This document shows positions 32,746-48,293 of a DNA stretch of 64,000 nt, in pieces; position 1 is the first letter of the stretch, and each line of letters starts with the position of its first letter. The stretch lies in assembly GCF_009914755.1 (NCBI RefSeq), contig NC_060933.1. One strand, written 5' to 3'. This stretch comes from the human T2T-CHM13v2.0 reference genome, Homo sapiens. The notes under the pieces are model-generated. The model did not search any database and was not told the DNA's origin. It saw only the letters and a list, made by a program, of their open reading frames with translations. Made by a program: the position numbers and the translations under genes.

Positions 32746-33051
32746 GAAATTGTTTTGCTAAAGGGCAAACTTTGTTGTTAGGTCCTAGAGCCTGGGCCCT
32801 GGCCCTTCTGCCCTTCTTGGTATCTGGAGCTGACCCTTGGAACCTCTGTGCGTGGATACAAGTGTAAAATTGGTCCAGTGCACAGTGCAGGGCTTTGTCT
32901 GTCTTATCACCTGCTATAGGCCCAGAAGAATGGGTGCTTCGGGCAGAATGGGTTTGTTTAATATTTGTGGAATGCATGAACCTAAGAACTGAAAAATTCA
33001 TTAACTCAACTTTTTTTCTACTTTACTTGATGGAGACAGCTTTAATAATGA

Positions 33052-33436
<385 letters not shown>

Positions 33437-33840
33437 AAGGGACCCTTTTTAAATGCTCAAGGCTCTGGCCACAGAATCCTCAGTCTCCCCACCTGTAGAA
33501 TGGGTATCACAGAAGGGACAAGTCCAGGGGAGGAAGAAGCCTTGGCCCTGGAGGCAGGAGACGTTGATTCCTTCCTGCTCGGGGCCTCTGTTTCTCCCTC
33601 TGTGGGAGGAATGAGTTGGGGGGATCTTGTTGGTTGCCTTTCTACAACCTCAGTGTTTGTTTGTTTGTTTGTTTTCCCAACCAAGTCCTCTTTTGGTTGA
33701 GATATTCACTCGTCCGGCACATGGCTAAGGCTCCAGGGCAGACTGAGCGTTTCCTAATTAGTCTAAGATGATCAGCACAGGGCACCCCCTGGTGAAGGCT
33801 GTGGACCCAGGCCTGGGCTTGGAACTGAGACAGAAGTGAA

Positions 33841-34157
33841 GCGCTCACAGCCCAGGTTTGGGAGAGTGGTCCCCATGTGCCCCTCGCGCTCACAGCCCAG
33901 GTTTGGGAGAGTGGTCCCCACGTGCCCCTCGCGCTCACAGCCCAGGTTTGGGAGAGTGGTCCCCACGTGCCCCTCGCGCTCACAGCCCAGGTTTGGGAGA
34001 GTGGTCCCCACGTGCCCCTCGCGCTCACAGCCCAGGTTTGGGAGAGTGGTCCCCACGTGCCCCTCGCGCTCACAGCCCAGGTTTGGGAGAGTGGTCCCCA
34101 CGTGCCCCTCGCGCTCACAGCCCAGGTTTGGGAGAGTGGTCCCCATGTGCCCCTCGC
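33841..34157. repeat. Minisatellite, 7 x 45 bp (gcgctcacagcccaggtttgggagagtggtcccca[c/t]gtgcccctc)
   Basis: Units start at 33841, 33886, 33931, 33976, 34021, 34066 and 34111; identical except for one C/T. Confidence 0.98.
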
Positions 34158-34361
34158 TTCCCTTCCCTCCCTCTTTTTCGGTGAGGAGAACAATGGCTTT
34201 CCTGAAAGTTCTCATTGGCCAGAACTTTGTTCCATGGTCATCCTAGTTGCAGGAAAATCAGTAGTTTTAGGTGGTTACCTTAGTAGCCTGAACAAACTGT
34301 GCGTTCGATGGCATGGAGGAAGGGAATCCTCAAAGGAAGGCATCCATCCGTGTCTGCCTCA

Positions 34362-34680
<319 letters not shown>

Positions 34681-35289
34681 ACACTTAGGTTCTGTCTCTT
34701 CTTCCTCTATCATTCTGTTATGAAGTGTGGCAGTAAACATCCTTGAACGTGTCTACTTGTGCACGTATGAGTTCAAGGGTAGGAGCTGAGAAGTGTCATT
34801 GTCCCATGTTGAATGGGTGGAGTACGTTATGTGCATTTCACATTTTAGTAGATGCTGTCACGGTGCCCTACAAGGTGACTGAACCAACTCATATTTCTCC
34901 TGCAGTGGGACAGAATCTGTCTCCCCACTTTCATCAGTCAGTGCTGTCTCTCTAGGGCTGGATGGTGCGGCTACCTTGTTCACGAAACGTGGGGGAGTCA
35001 GTGACAGGCAGGACAGCACAGTGGGGTCACGTGCTCTAGGTCGGCCGCCAGCTGCCTGTGTGAGCTGAGGAAACCCCTGCCCTCTCTGAGCCACAGTTTT
35101 CTCGTCTGGACAATGGAGATCATAAGTTTTGTACTTTGCCAGGCTCTTGTGTGGATGAAATGAGCCCGTGTGTGCCAAGACCTCATCATGGGGCTGGCCC
35201 AGGACCGATGCACAGCACGTGGACTCCCGCCTATTTGCTGTCTGCAGAGCCCTCAGATGCCTTCTTTTCCAGATCAGGCCAAGGAGCGG

Positions 35290-36404
<1,115 letters not shown>

Positions 36405-36513
36405 TCAACCACAATGATTAACATGGCAATCAGACCAGAGCTTTCACCACGGGATCACTGCCTGAAGAAACAAGGCTAAATGGAAGCAAGCATATGGATT
36501 AAAACTGAAAATG

Positions 36514-37198
<685 letters not shown>

Positions 37199-37204
37199 TG
37201 AATA

Positions 37205-38274
<1,070 letters not shown>

Positions 38275-38416
38275 TGTTCTTACCTCTTATAAAGTAAATT
38301 ACAGAGGCGTCTACACAATCCACTCCCATCAGTGTTTATGGGATTGTATTGAACATCCGTCCTCCCATCCACAGCAACTGACACACAAAACTTTTGACTG
38401 TGATCATCTCTAGTGA

Positions 38417-38798
<382 letters not shown>

Positions 38799-38904
38799 AG
38801 GAATATATTTTAACATTAAAAAAGTATTATAATAATATAGTTATGTTTCTATTTTTTAAATGGAAGCATATTCCATAGTCCAGTCATATGTCATGTTTTC
38901 TTTT

Positions 38905-40302
38905 TGTCACAGGATCCTTGGGGTGTTACTTCACCAGTCGAAAACCTCTATGGCTGGCGGCATCTTCTGCCTGAGTGTTGCTTGCGCCCACTGGGCTTGT
39001 TCTGCCTACTCTGCTTGCACTACCAGCCTGCCAAGGGCAAGCCAGGTGCAGAGCAGCGAGGGATGTGTGAGCGAGCAAGTGTGGCGTCTGGCCACTGCAC
39101 ATAGCCAAGCATGCTGGCTGTGGTGGGGTGAGCAGCTCCAGGGGCCTGTGCCGGCTCCGTGTGAGGCTGCGGTGGGACCAGGTGTACCACACGCAGCTTC
39201 TGCTGTGGGCACCCGCGTCTGGATGAGGGGAATGTGGTGGCTCCAGGAAGCTTGGAGACTCCAGGAACCACAGAGCCCCAGAGAAGGTGTCATAGCCTTG
39301 GCTTGGGGAGCCCCTTGGTCAGGGCTCCCTGAGGGGCCGCAGCTCTTCTCTCCTTCTTGTTGCCTGCAATGTGATGAGTGGGGGGCTGCGGGGTGGGGGG
39401 GACATGTTTCAGCCCTGTTTGTGTTACAGCTCTTTCAGTCCCGCCATTCGGCAGGTCCTGAGTTCTTGTCCTGCATCCAGGAAGAATGAGGTACAGGGAC
39501 AACAGGAGGGTGAGCAAGGTGGAGAGAAGTTTCATTGAGCGACAGGACAGCTCTCAGGAGACCCGAAGTGGGTACCTCCTTTCTGCAGGCAGGTCGTCCC
39601 AACTCAGGAGACCTGAACTGGGTAGCTCCTTCCCACAGCTGGTCATCCCAATGTCTTGGTGAGTGTGACTGAGTCCCAGGTTTTATGGGCTTGGGCTTCA
39701 GAAGGGAAGAAGTAGATGCTGACTGATCCATGGGCAGCCATGGGTGGGTCTGGAAAAAGCACCCTAAGTTCTCACTCCAGGCCATGGACTCTACCAGAAC
39801 TGAGCCTGGCCCACCACGCTTCAGGCCGTCCCTGGCTTGAAGGTGGGGCCTCACCAGGGACCTGCCCCTTTCCACCCAGGAGCCTGTCTGCCTCTTGCTG
39901 CCATTGATCATGTGCTCCATGGCACCCAGGCTCTTCCCGCTGAGGGGTGCCTACAGGCCAGTGCCCAGCTGCCCTCAGCTCCCCTCCAACCTCCCTCTCT
40001 GTGTTTCTAGGCAAAGTCCGAAGCAGCAGGGGGTTGGAGTGTCATTGTGCCCAGAGCACACACCCGGCCCTGGGTCGTGACAGCGCCCAGGCTTGGCCTC
40101 AACTTTGCCAGCTTCCGAGCCTGCGGTGGTGGTGATGTGGCTTCCCAGGCCCCAGGCAGGGATGCCTGGTCCGCGGCAGTTGCCTCCGTGGAAGGAGGCA
40201 GGGCTCCCACTGCTCCTTGGAGCCCACAGCCTCAGCCACACCTCCCCCACCGCCGCCAATGTCTTCGAAGCTGCAGCTCCAGATGGGCCACCGCGGCCAT
40301 CA
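38905..40302 (-). mobile_element. MER52-family long GC-rich solo LTR (ERV1)
   Basis: tgtcacaggatccttggggtg...gcggccatca termini, 4-bp TSD tttt, characteristic catccaggaagaatgaggtac segment. Confidence 0.82.
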
Positions 40303-40447
40303 TTTTCATGCCTCTGAACCCTCAAGTGTGCCTTAAAACTCAGCTCCCAAGTGACCTGCAACTCCTTAGGGGGGCTCCCGTGAGTCCTGATCTCATTTTA
40401 AATTCCCTCTCACCTCTCACCTGCTTTCCTGGGTGAGTCCTAACCTC

Positions 40448-40553
40448 TCTCTACGTTAGTCCTAATTGTACCACTGTGTTCTTAAAACTCATCTGACCCA
40501 TCTCTAGGTTAGTCCTAACTGTACCACTGTACTCTTAAAACTCATCTGACCCC
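40448..40553. repeat. Tandem duplication, 2 x 53 bp
   Basis: tctctacgttagtcctaattgtaccactgtgttcttaaaactcatctgaccc repeated at 40501 with ~4 mismatches. Confidence 0.9.
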
Positions 40554-40681
40554 CAGGCTAAAGAGGTGAGCATGTTGGGAGAATAGAGGAATGTTTAATG
40601 GAACCCAAGGGCAGGGATGGATCTCAGGAATGATCAGAAATCAGATGTTCTGTCTGCTCTGTGAACTGTAAGCCTCTGGGG

Positions 40682-40838
40682 TTTGTTTTTTTGTTTGTTT
40701 TGTTTTGTTTTGAGATGGAGTCTCGCTCTGTCACCCAGGCTGGAGTTGGAGTGCAGAGGCGGGATCTCGGCTCACTGCAAGCTCCGCATCCCGGGTTCAC
40801 GCCATTCTCCCACTTCAGCCTCCTGAGTAGCTGGGACT
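40682..40838 (-). mobile_element. Truncated AluY right arm
   Basis: cactgcaagctccgc and ttcacgccattctcc diagnostics. Confidence 0.88.
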
Positions 40839-41979
40839 AAAGCATTTATTATCACTGAATAAATGATGTAATCACTAAGGATTTACATCCAAATGGCGTT
40901 TCATTTGAGATCCCTTCCAGGGACCAGGAATGCCAGGCAGAAGGGGAGAGCCACAGAGGGAAGTGACCAGAGCCAGGCCTGTGCTGGCCAGCTTTGAGGT
41001 CCGCTGTCTCCTCCAGCCTGGGGGCTGGTCCAAGGGGCAGAGCTTCATCACCCAGCATGGGGCATTTACAACCTGGATGTGCAGACTGTAACGGGGGCCT
41101 CCTGAGGCTGGATGGAGGCTTCCTGGTCAGGGGCACATTGTCAGAGAAAGTTCAGGGTACACACCCTCTTCCCCCCAGGGGTCTTTGGGAAGAACTGAGC
41201 CCTGGGCAGGGGAGGCCCCTGATGGAATTTCAGGAGGTGGTATCCAGTGGCTGAGCAGGGCAGGGAGGCAGTGTGGAGACTGAGCCGCCAGGCACAGGGA
41301 AGATGCAGGAGGCAGGACCTCTGGAGAAGGCCCCTCAGAGAGGGCCTGGGCTGGCCTGGCGTTCAGCCTGCCTGCAACCAGGGCAGAAGCAAAGGAGGTG
41401 GGCCCAGGAAGCTTGGCTCAGCTCATGGGAGCTGCTGGCTGGCCTGGTCCTTGGCTACCATGGTTGGTGCGAGGGTTAGATCTTTGCTGGAAGGGCTCTA
41501 GGCTACCCTAGATTAGAAGGGGCTTTAGCCATCAGGCCCAGACTCCCAAGCTTCCCACAGCCCCAGAGACTAGAACCCAGGCTGGCCTGGGCTGCTGAGG
41601 CCAGGTAGGCAGAGCACAGGTGTTGCCCAGAGCACTGGGTTCAGGTCTAGCCTTGGATCCAGGTGACCTCAGGCATGGCACTTACCCTCTGTGGTCTCAG
41701 TGTCCTCGTGTCGCTGGGGGAACCCCCAAGCACCTACCTAATGAAGACCATTTGGAAGGTCAAAGGAAATAAAGGGAGAAGAGGATCGATTGCTCCATCA
41801 GCCTAAGATGTCACTGTCCCTCTGGCGTCTGCTCCTGGGCCCTGTGTGCTCTGCAGACCCTAGAGAGACCATTTCTTTTCACTTCGTGGGACCTGAAGAA
41901 GCAAGTCTAAAGAAACAGCTACATCTGTCAAGAACAGTGCTATATCCATCAAACACTGCATTACATCTCTCTAGAGGCA

Positions 41980-42504
<525 letters not shown>

Positions 42505-42855
42505 AAGGTGGGTGTTTTAAAAGCTGTGTTTGTTGAGTGCTTCCAGAGCCCGGCACTGCGCTAAGATCTTCATCGGCATCACCACTCTTTATCCCACAGC
42601 CACCCTGCGAGGCGGCTACGGTTTTTAGCCTCAAGTTGGTTGTGAGAAGAGAGGCTCTGTGGGTTGGGACTCCAAGGACACACCATGCGTTGGTGCTGGA
42701 GCCACCATTTGTCCCAGGTCCGACTCCAGAGACCCGGCCTGCACTCCACTTTATCATCACTGTGGTCTTCACCTGTCCTGTGTCCCCAGACCCCTACACG
42801 AGGCCAACTTCCGGCCACCTCACCTTCAGGACGTACGAGACTGTATCCAGCAGGC

Positions 42856-42861
42856 TTTATT
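42856..42861 (-). terminator. AK8 polyadenylation signal (short ~110 nt 3' UTR)
   Basis: tttatt on + equals AATAAA on -, 90 nt after the stop codon. Confidence 0.85.
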
Positions 42862-42950
42862 GGCTTTTTAGGGGAGCTGTGCCGAGGCTGGGGGGCTGGG
42901 GGCAGGGGATTAACTCTTTCCCTGGGGCAGCGCTCCTGGCTCTGAACCCA

Positions 42951-43188
42951 TCAGGGGATTTTCTTGGGCAGGGGATTAATGATCCCACTCTCGATGTATT
43001 CGAAGACTGTGTATGGGTCCTGGTCCCCATTGAGGGTGATGGCCGACCCATACAACTGCTCCAAGTCAGCTGAGTTCCTGTAGAACAGGTCCATTTTCAG
43101 CTTGACCTGCTCTTCAGCATCCTTTGGGTTCTGCAGGAGGCGAGCCTGGATCTCCATGGTGGGAGGTGGCTTGTACATGAGGTGGTAC
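42951..43188 (-). CDS. AK8: AK8 terminal exon, coding part: (R)[78 protein letters not shown]
   Basis: Minus-strand acceptor ctttccttcctcccttgcag|G; ORF 42951..43220; adenylate-kinase LID/C-terminal pattern (R-x-YH..PP, RL.Q.P.D.E, NGDQ); TGA at 42953-42951. Confidence 0.95.
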
Positions 43189-43452
43189 CTGCAAGGGAGG
43201 AAGGAAAGCAGGTGACCCATGGCCTGGCCCGGAAGCAGGGGACAAAGGGACCCTCTACTCTACTGTGGACCAATTTGGGGTGTCCTGGCCACCACCACCA
43301 TCACCAGCCATTTACTACTGTGTACTGCTGTGTGCACACCTTTGACTGATGGGCCCTGGAGCTACAGAGAGATCCAAGATGTGCTCCCCGCTCAAGGGAG
43401 AGGGAGAGAGATCAGTGATAGGAGGACAGAATACAATCATATATGGGCAAAT

Positions 43453-43830
43453 TCTTTCCTTCCTCCCTCCCTCCTTCCCTCCTTCCTTCCTTCCCTCCTT
43501 CCTTCCTATCTCCCCTCCCTCCCCTATCCTCCCTCTCTTCTCTCCCTCCCTCCCTCCCTTCCTTTCTCTTCTTCTTCCTTTTTCTTTTCTTTTTTGAGAC
43601 AGGGTCTCACTCTCTTGCCCAGGCTGGAGTGCAGTGGCGCGATCTTCGCTCACCACAACCTCTGCCTCCCAGGCGTGCACCATTACTGCCCAGCTAATTT
43701 TTGTATTTTTAGTAGAGAAGGGGTTTCACCATGTTGGCCAAGCTGGTCTCAAACTCCTGACCTCAGGTGATCCACCTGCCTTGGCCTCCCAAAGTGCTGG
43801 GATTACAGGCGTGAGCCACCATGCCCGGCC
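43453..43830 (-). mobile_element. (CCTT/CCCT)n tract plus internally deleted Alu in the last AK8 intron
   Basis: Polypyrimidine run 43453-43594, then an Alu lacking part of its right arm. Confidence 0.88.
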
Positions 43831-44716
43831 TCTTGTTCCTTTTTCCTCCCTTCCATTCAATGTTTATCTGCACTGAGTCCTGTGTTAAATCTGCCACTGA
43901 CAGTGCCATGGTAAGCAGGACAGGCGCTGGCTCTGTGCCTATGGAGCTCACAGTCAGATGAGGGAGTGGGACATTACAGCAACTGTGGAGATGGAAGGAA
44001 GTACTACAGCCGTTCACTGTTGGGAGAGACCGCAGGGACAGGGTGACATGAAGGCCACAGCACTTGAGATGGGAAAGCTAAAAACTCCCATGACAAATCA
44101 GGTCTACATTTTAGAAAAATCCCTGCACTTCCTTCCTGCCCGCCCCCCACCCCACTCCTGCGTCCCTACCAAGAAATGTGACCCTGACTGTCAGGAGAGA
44201 TGACAACACCCGCCTCTTAGTGATTGTGGGGTTTCCATTGCATTTCAACATGAATGCAGTGATTGTATTTGGTCAGACTGCAGAATCAAACTCGGAATCT
44301 ACCTCCTGTAACTATGGGAAGCCTCAAAGGCGACTTGTGCCCATGGGGATGTGTTTGTACAGCAACCACCACTGGGATGCATCGTGGCTCAAGGAAAGGC
44401 CAGTGAGGAAACAGGTGACGCCCACCCAAGGCTGCTGTTTCACATGCTGGGATTAAGCTGTTGATCCCAGGATAGAGTGGGTGAACATTTCACCATTGTG
44501 TTGCTTTAGACATAAATTTCCTGGTTATTCTTCCAGGCAAAGAGGGTCAACAGATATTGCACAGAACAGCCAGTTGGATAAAGTCCATTTTGATAATCGT
44601 CCCTCAGTGGTCACCAGTGTTATCCCTGCAGTGTTTCCACCATGGCATTGGTCAGTCAGTTGGGTCTGGCCCCTGGCAGTCCCCAGACTGCCAACCACCA
44701 GGAACACAGCACAAAC

Positions 44717-44797
44717 CTTTCCCCAGTGACTGGATCAATTCTTCTCAGAGTCAGCCGCTCCATGATGGAATCAAATGGCACATTCAGGAAAAACACC
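44717..44797 (-). CDS. AK8: AK8 penultimate exon: (R)[26 protein letters not shown](R)
   Basis: Acceptor tttatttccttatag|G, donor AAG|gtttgt. 81 nt, phase 2-2, joins the terminal exon to give DPVTGERYH, the adenylate kinase LID start. Confidence 0.93.
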
Positions 44798-44814
44798 CTA
44801 TAAGGAAATAAACC

Positions 44815-45342
44815 ATATTAATAATGGTTTTTATTTCCTGTATTTTATGATGCTGTGACATCCTGGGGTCTTGAGAATCCTGGAGAGACTGCTCCTCCCA
44901 GGGCTGGCCGATTCCTAGAGCCAGCAAGCAATGTGCCTGCAAACCTGCCTTTCATGTACAACCCAACCACTCCAGAGCCTGTGTCCCCAACCGCCTCCTT
45001 CATCTGACTCTCACACCCCAAACCAATATTCTTCCTGCCCTAAATCACCTCAGGGCCGGGTGCCAGGCAACTAGAGACCATCCCTGTAGACCGAGCTTGG
45101 CAGAATTATTCAAACTGCCCAGTCCTATGCTCACTGTGACTTGTCTGCATTCTGGGACACGCTCTCCCCTCACTCCTGCTGCCACCTGACCAACCCTGGT
45201 GCCTCCCCAGGTCCTGCAGGGCATGGTGTGCCCCCCTTTTCCTGGGAGCTGTGAGTAACAAACTCTTCTTTCAGTGGGATTGACCTCTCTGTATCATCAC
45301 CTGGTTACCTCTATACATTAGATTTTGGGTGCAATTAAGACA
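44815..45342. mobile_element. Old LTR (MER21/MER77-like), subfamily uncertain
   Basis: ctggagagactgctcctcccagggctggccgattcctagag...ctgtgagtaacaaactc resembles old LTR consensus sequence. Confidence 0.5.
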
Positions 45343-45639
45343 AGAACAAGCAGATGGTCATGGGGAGCAAACCCAGGCTGACTCTCGTCACCCCAGACGA
45401 GGGTGGGCATCATTTTCCACATGTGGGTGGAGCCACTGGAGCCACTGCTCAGGGCTCTGGGATACCACACTTGGAGGTCACCAGGGACAGATGCGGGACA
45501 GCAGGGCTCCCTGCAAGGACGCACTAGGCTCCCCTGGTTCAGGGATAGCTCTCAGCCCCCATCACTCCTGGGGTTGGGACTCCCGGGGATGGGGGTCATT
45601 GTTTGGGTGAGCTTTGGGGGAACATCTTGTTCTCTAGAG

Positions 45640-45850
45640 TCACACAGACTTGGGCTAGACTCTCACCTCCACTATGGACTTGCTGTGTGAGCTTGGGCCA
45701 CTGACCCAGCCTCTGTCAGACTCAGTTACCCCAACTACAAAATGGGGCTAATTATAGTTCCCTGGTGTTGAAGATTTAACAAGATAAAGTGTGTGACAAA
45801 CTCAGTGTGAGGTCTGCACAGACTCGGTACCCCAGCGTGGCAGCTGTTAT
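45640..45850 (+). mobile_element. MIR
   Basis: gctgtgtgagcttggg...ctcagttaccccaactacaaaatgggg. Confidence 0.7.
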
Positions 45851-46165
45851 AATTTAATCACCATTCCTAGATACCCTTCCTGGGAGTTCAGGCTCCCTGA
45901 CTTCCCCTGTCCTCCTTGGAGAGGTGGAGGTTGGTTGTTCTCAGCTTTCTCACTTCCTCTTTCTCAAAGGAGCCCTGGACCCAAAGGAGCAGGACACTCC
46001 TGCTAATAAGCCCAAATCAGAACCCAGCAGAAGAGATGAAGGGCTCACTTCTCATGATTCTCAGACTGGGAGCACCAGGGAATTCATCTCTCAAACTCCT
46101 AGTTCCAATGGTTTCATCCCCACCCCCCTTTTTAGGGCAATGGAACACTTACTTTATATGAAACC

Positions 46166-46444
46166 TTTTTTTTTTTCTTTTAGAGGCAGGGTCTCACATT
46201 GTTGCTCAGGCTGGAGTGCAGTGGAGTGACCTCCCAGGCTCAGTCAATCTGCCCATCTCAGCATCCTGAGTAGCTGGGACTACAGGTGTGCACCACCCCA
46301 CCCAGATAAGTTTTGTTATCTATTTTTCAGAGATGGGGTCTCACTATGTTGCCCAGCTGTTCTGGAACTCCTGGGCTCAAGAAATCTGCCCCCTTCAGCC
46401 TCTCAAAGCGCTGGGATTACAGGCATGAGCCACCATATCTGGCC
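46166..46444 (-). mobile_element. Alu (AluJ-like, deleted)
   Basis: TSD tatatgaaacctt / tatataagacctt. Confidence 0.88.
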
Positions 46445-46461
46445 TATATAAGACCTTAGGA

Positions 46462-46645
46462 GAGTGGTTCTCCACCAGGGCTGATTTTGTTCCCCAGAAA
46501 CCATCTGGCAAAATGTCTGGAGACATGTTTTATTTTCCCAGCTGGACAGTGATGCTGGAAAGCACCTTATAATGTACAGGACAGCACCCACCTCAAATAA
46601 TGATCTGGCCCCAAATGTCAAGTGCATGGCTGAGGAGCCCTGCCT
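46462..46645. mobile_element. MER20 hAT element
   Basis: gtggttctccaccagggctgattttg...atgtctggagaca...tctggccccaaatgtcaa. Confidence 0.78.
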
Positions 46646-47219
46646 GGGACAGTGTGTGAACAAACAGAATGAGAAGAGGTGTGGCTGCTCTGGCTGGGAG
46701 AGGTGGGGCTGGGGATGAGCCAAGACCTAGGAGCTCCCACCCACAGAGCTAAGCCAGGTCTTCTAGCGCTAAACCATCTGGTTCATTTTTAAAAAATAAC
46801 TTCTAGAACATTCCATTGCTCACTATTTGCTCATTTGTCCTTTAATTCATTTATACATATATTTATCAAGTGCTGGCTGTGTCTCGGACACAGCAGGAAG
46901 TTCCAGTGTTTGCCAGCTCACCAGATGGAATTTAGGCACTAAATTTAAGAGTCTCCTCCTTGACGACATTGACAGGTCCTATGACTGGCATGTGCAGTTT
47001 CCACTGGGGCCAAAGTTGGTGACAACATCAACGACAACAACAAGAAAACATCAGTGACAACAAACACTCCCTGTGCACCCAAAGCCTTGTATTCATTTCA
47101 CTTTCAAGAAAGTAAACTCAGGCCAGAAGCACCTCTACGTGCGGAGAAAACACACACAAATGAGACCTCCCTCCTTCCCTCCTAGCATGATCAAAAGACT
47201 AAATCAAAAGATTGATCGA

Positions 47220-47390
47220 AAGATTAAAATCCCAAATGTGGAGATCCTGAAAGCCGAATTCTGAGAGTCGTGTGTTTTCAGCGGTGCCCAGGCTAGCTGC
47301 GTCATGTTAGGCGGGACTATGACCTTGTTATTGTCTTGGAAACTAAATATGGTTTCAGGAGGTGCCTATGGGTGCCAAGCTGACAACACG
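47220..47390 (+). mobile_element. Orphan internal fragment of Ricksha, duplicate of 48420-48560
   Basis: Direct alignment within the window. Confidence 0.8.
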
Positions 47391-48293
47391 GTGGGAGGCT
47401 TTTCTGTTCGTTTCAGACTGCCTCCTCCAAGTCAGTGAACAAAAGCAGCCTCTCACTGACATCCTTGGAATTCTCCAGATGTGTTGAGCGGGCTGCCAAG
47501 AGGCCGCGCTTTGGTAGGTCCAATGGGACACTGGTTCCCATGGGGCCCAGACCAGCCTTTGGGGCACAGGTGTCACCTGCTCTGTCCAGAGCAATAACAG
47601 CACGTGCCCAGGAAATGCGTGTGAAGGAATGAAGAAATGAACCAACCCATGGTATCCAGGCCTAGAATTCTTTTTAAAGTCTCTGCCCACTGCCTGTTTT
47701 TTTTTTTTTTTTTTCCATCCTTGCCAAAAAAACTCATCTAACTGGTAGAACAGAGAGTGATCTAAAACCCTAGGGTTGGGCGGGATCTTAGACATGTAAT
47801 TCCCAGGGGCCAGTTGCATCAGAATCCCGTCAGGAGCCTTTGATGGTGGATGCCTATGTCCCTTGCCCAGAACTGCTCAGTCAGGGGCATTGGAGGGAGC
47901 TCAGTATAGCCCTGGTCACTGGAGTCCACTGCCTTGGAAAACACCTGGGTCAGGGATTCTGAGCCAGGCACCCCAAAGGTCCTGTGAGCCCCGGAAATTA
48001 GATACAAACTGCTGACTACATGGAGAATGTGTGCCCTACTGGGTGTTGGGTGGGCTCATCAGATTCTCAGAGGGGTGCTGGTCCTTAAACATCATTATGA
48101 ATCTGAGCCAAAACCTCATGTTTTACAGTGAGATGAGGAACCTGGCCTCGGGAAAGCCGGGGCTGCCCCCGATCCTGCATGCTGTCCTCACACTCACTGT
48201 TCTCCTTGGCTTGTAGACGCCTTTTCATTCTCCTGATTCCCTCTGGGAGCCACCTTGGCCCCCTCGCCTCCCTGTGGCTTGGCTGGAACTACC

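Noticed and set aside
33841-34157. CRISPR-like array, or a repeat protein from the five long ORFs crossing it
   Set aside because: Units are contiguous with no unique spacers and there are no cas genes. The ORFs arise because the 45-bp unit is a multiple of three and lacks stops in five frames.
38860-40436. Cluster of long overlapping ORFs, up to 209 aa
   Set aside because: They lie in a GC-rich MER52-type LTR, where stop codons are scarce; no domain similarity.
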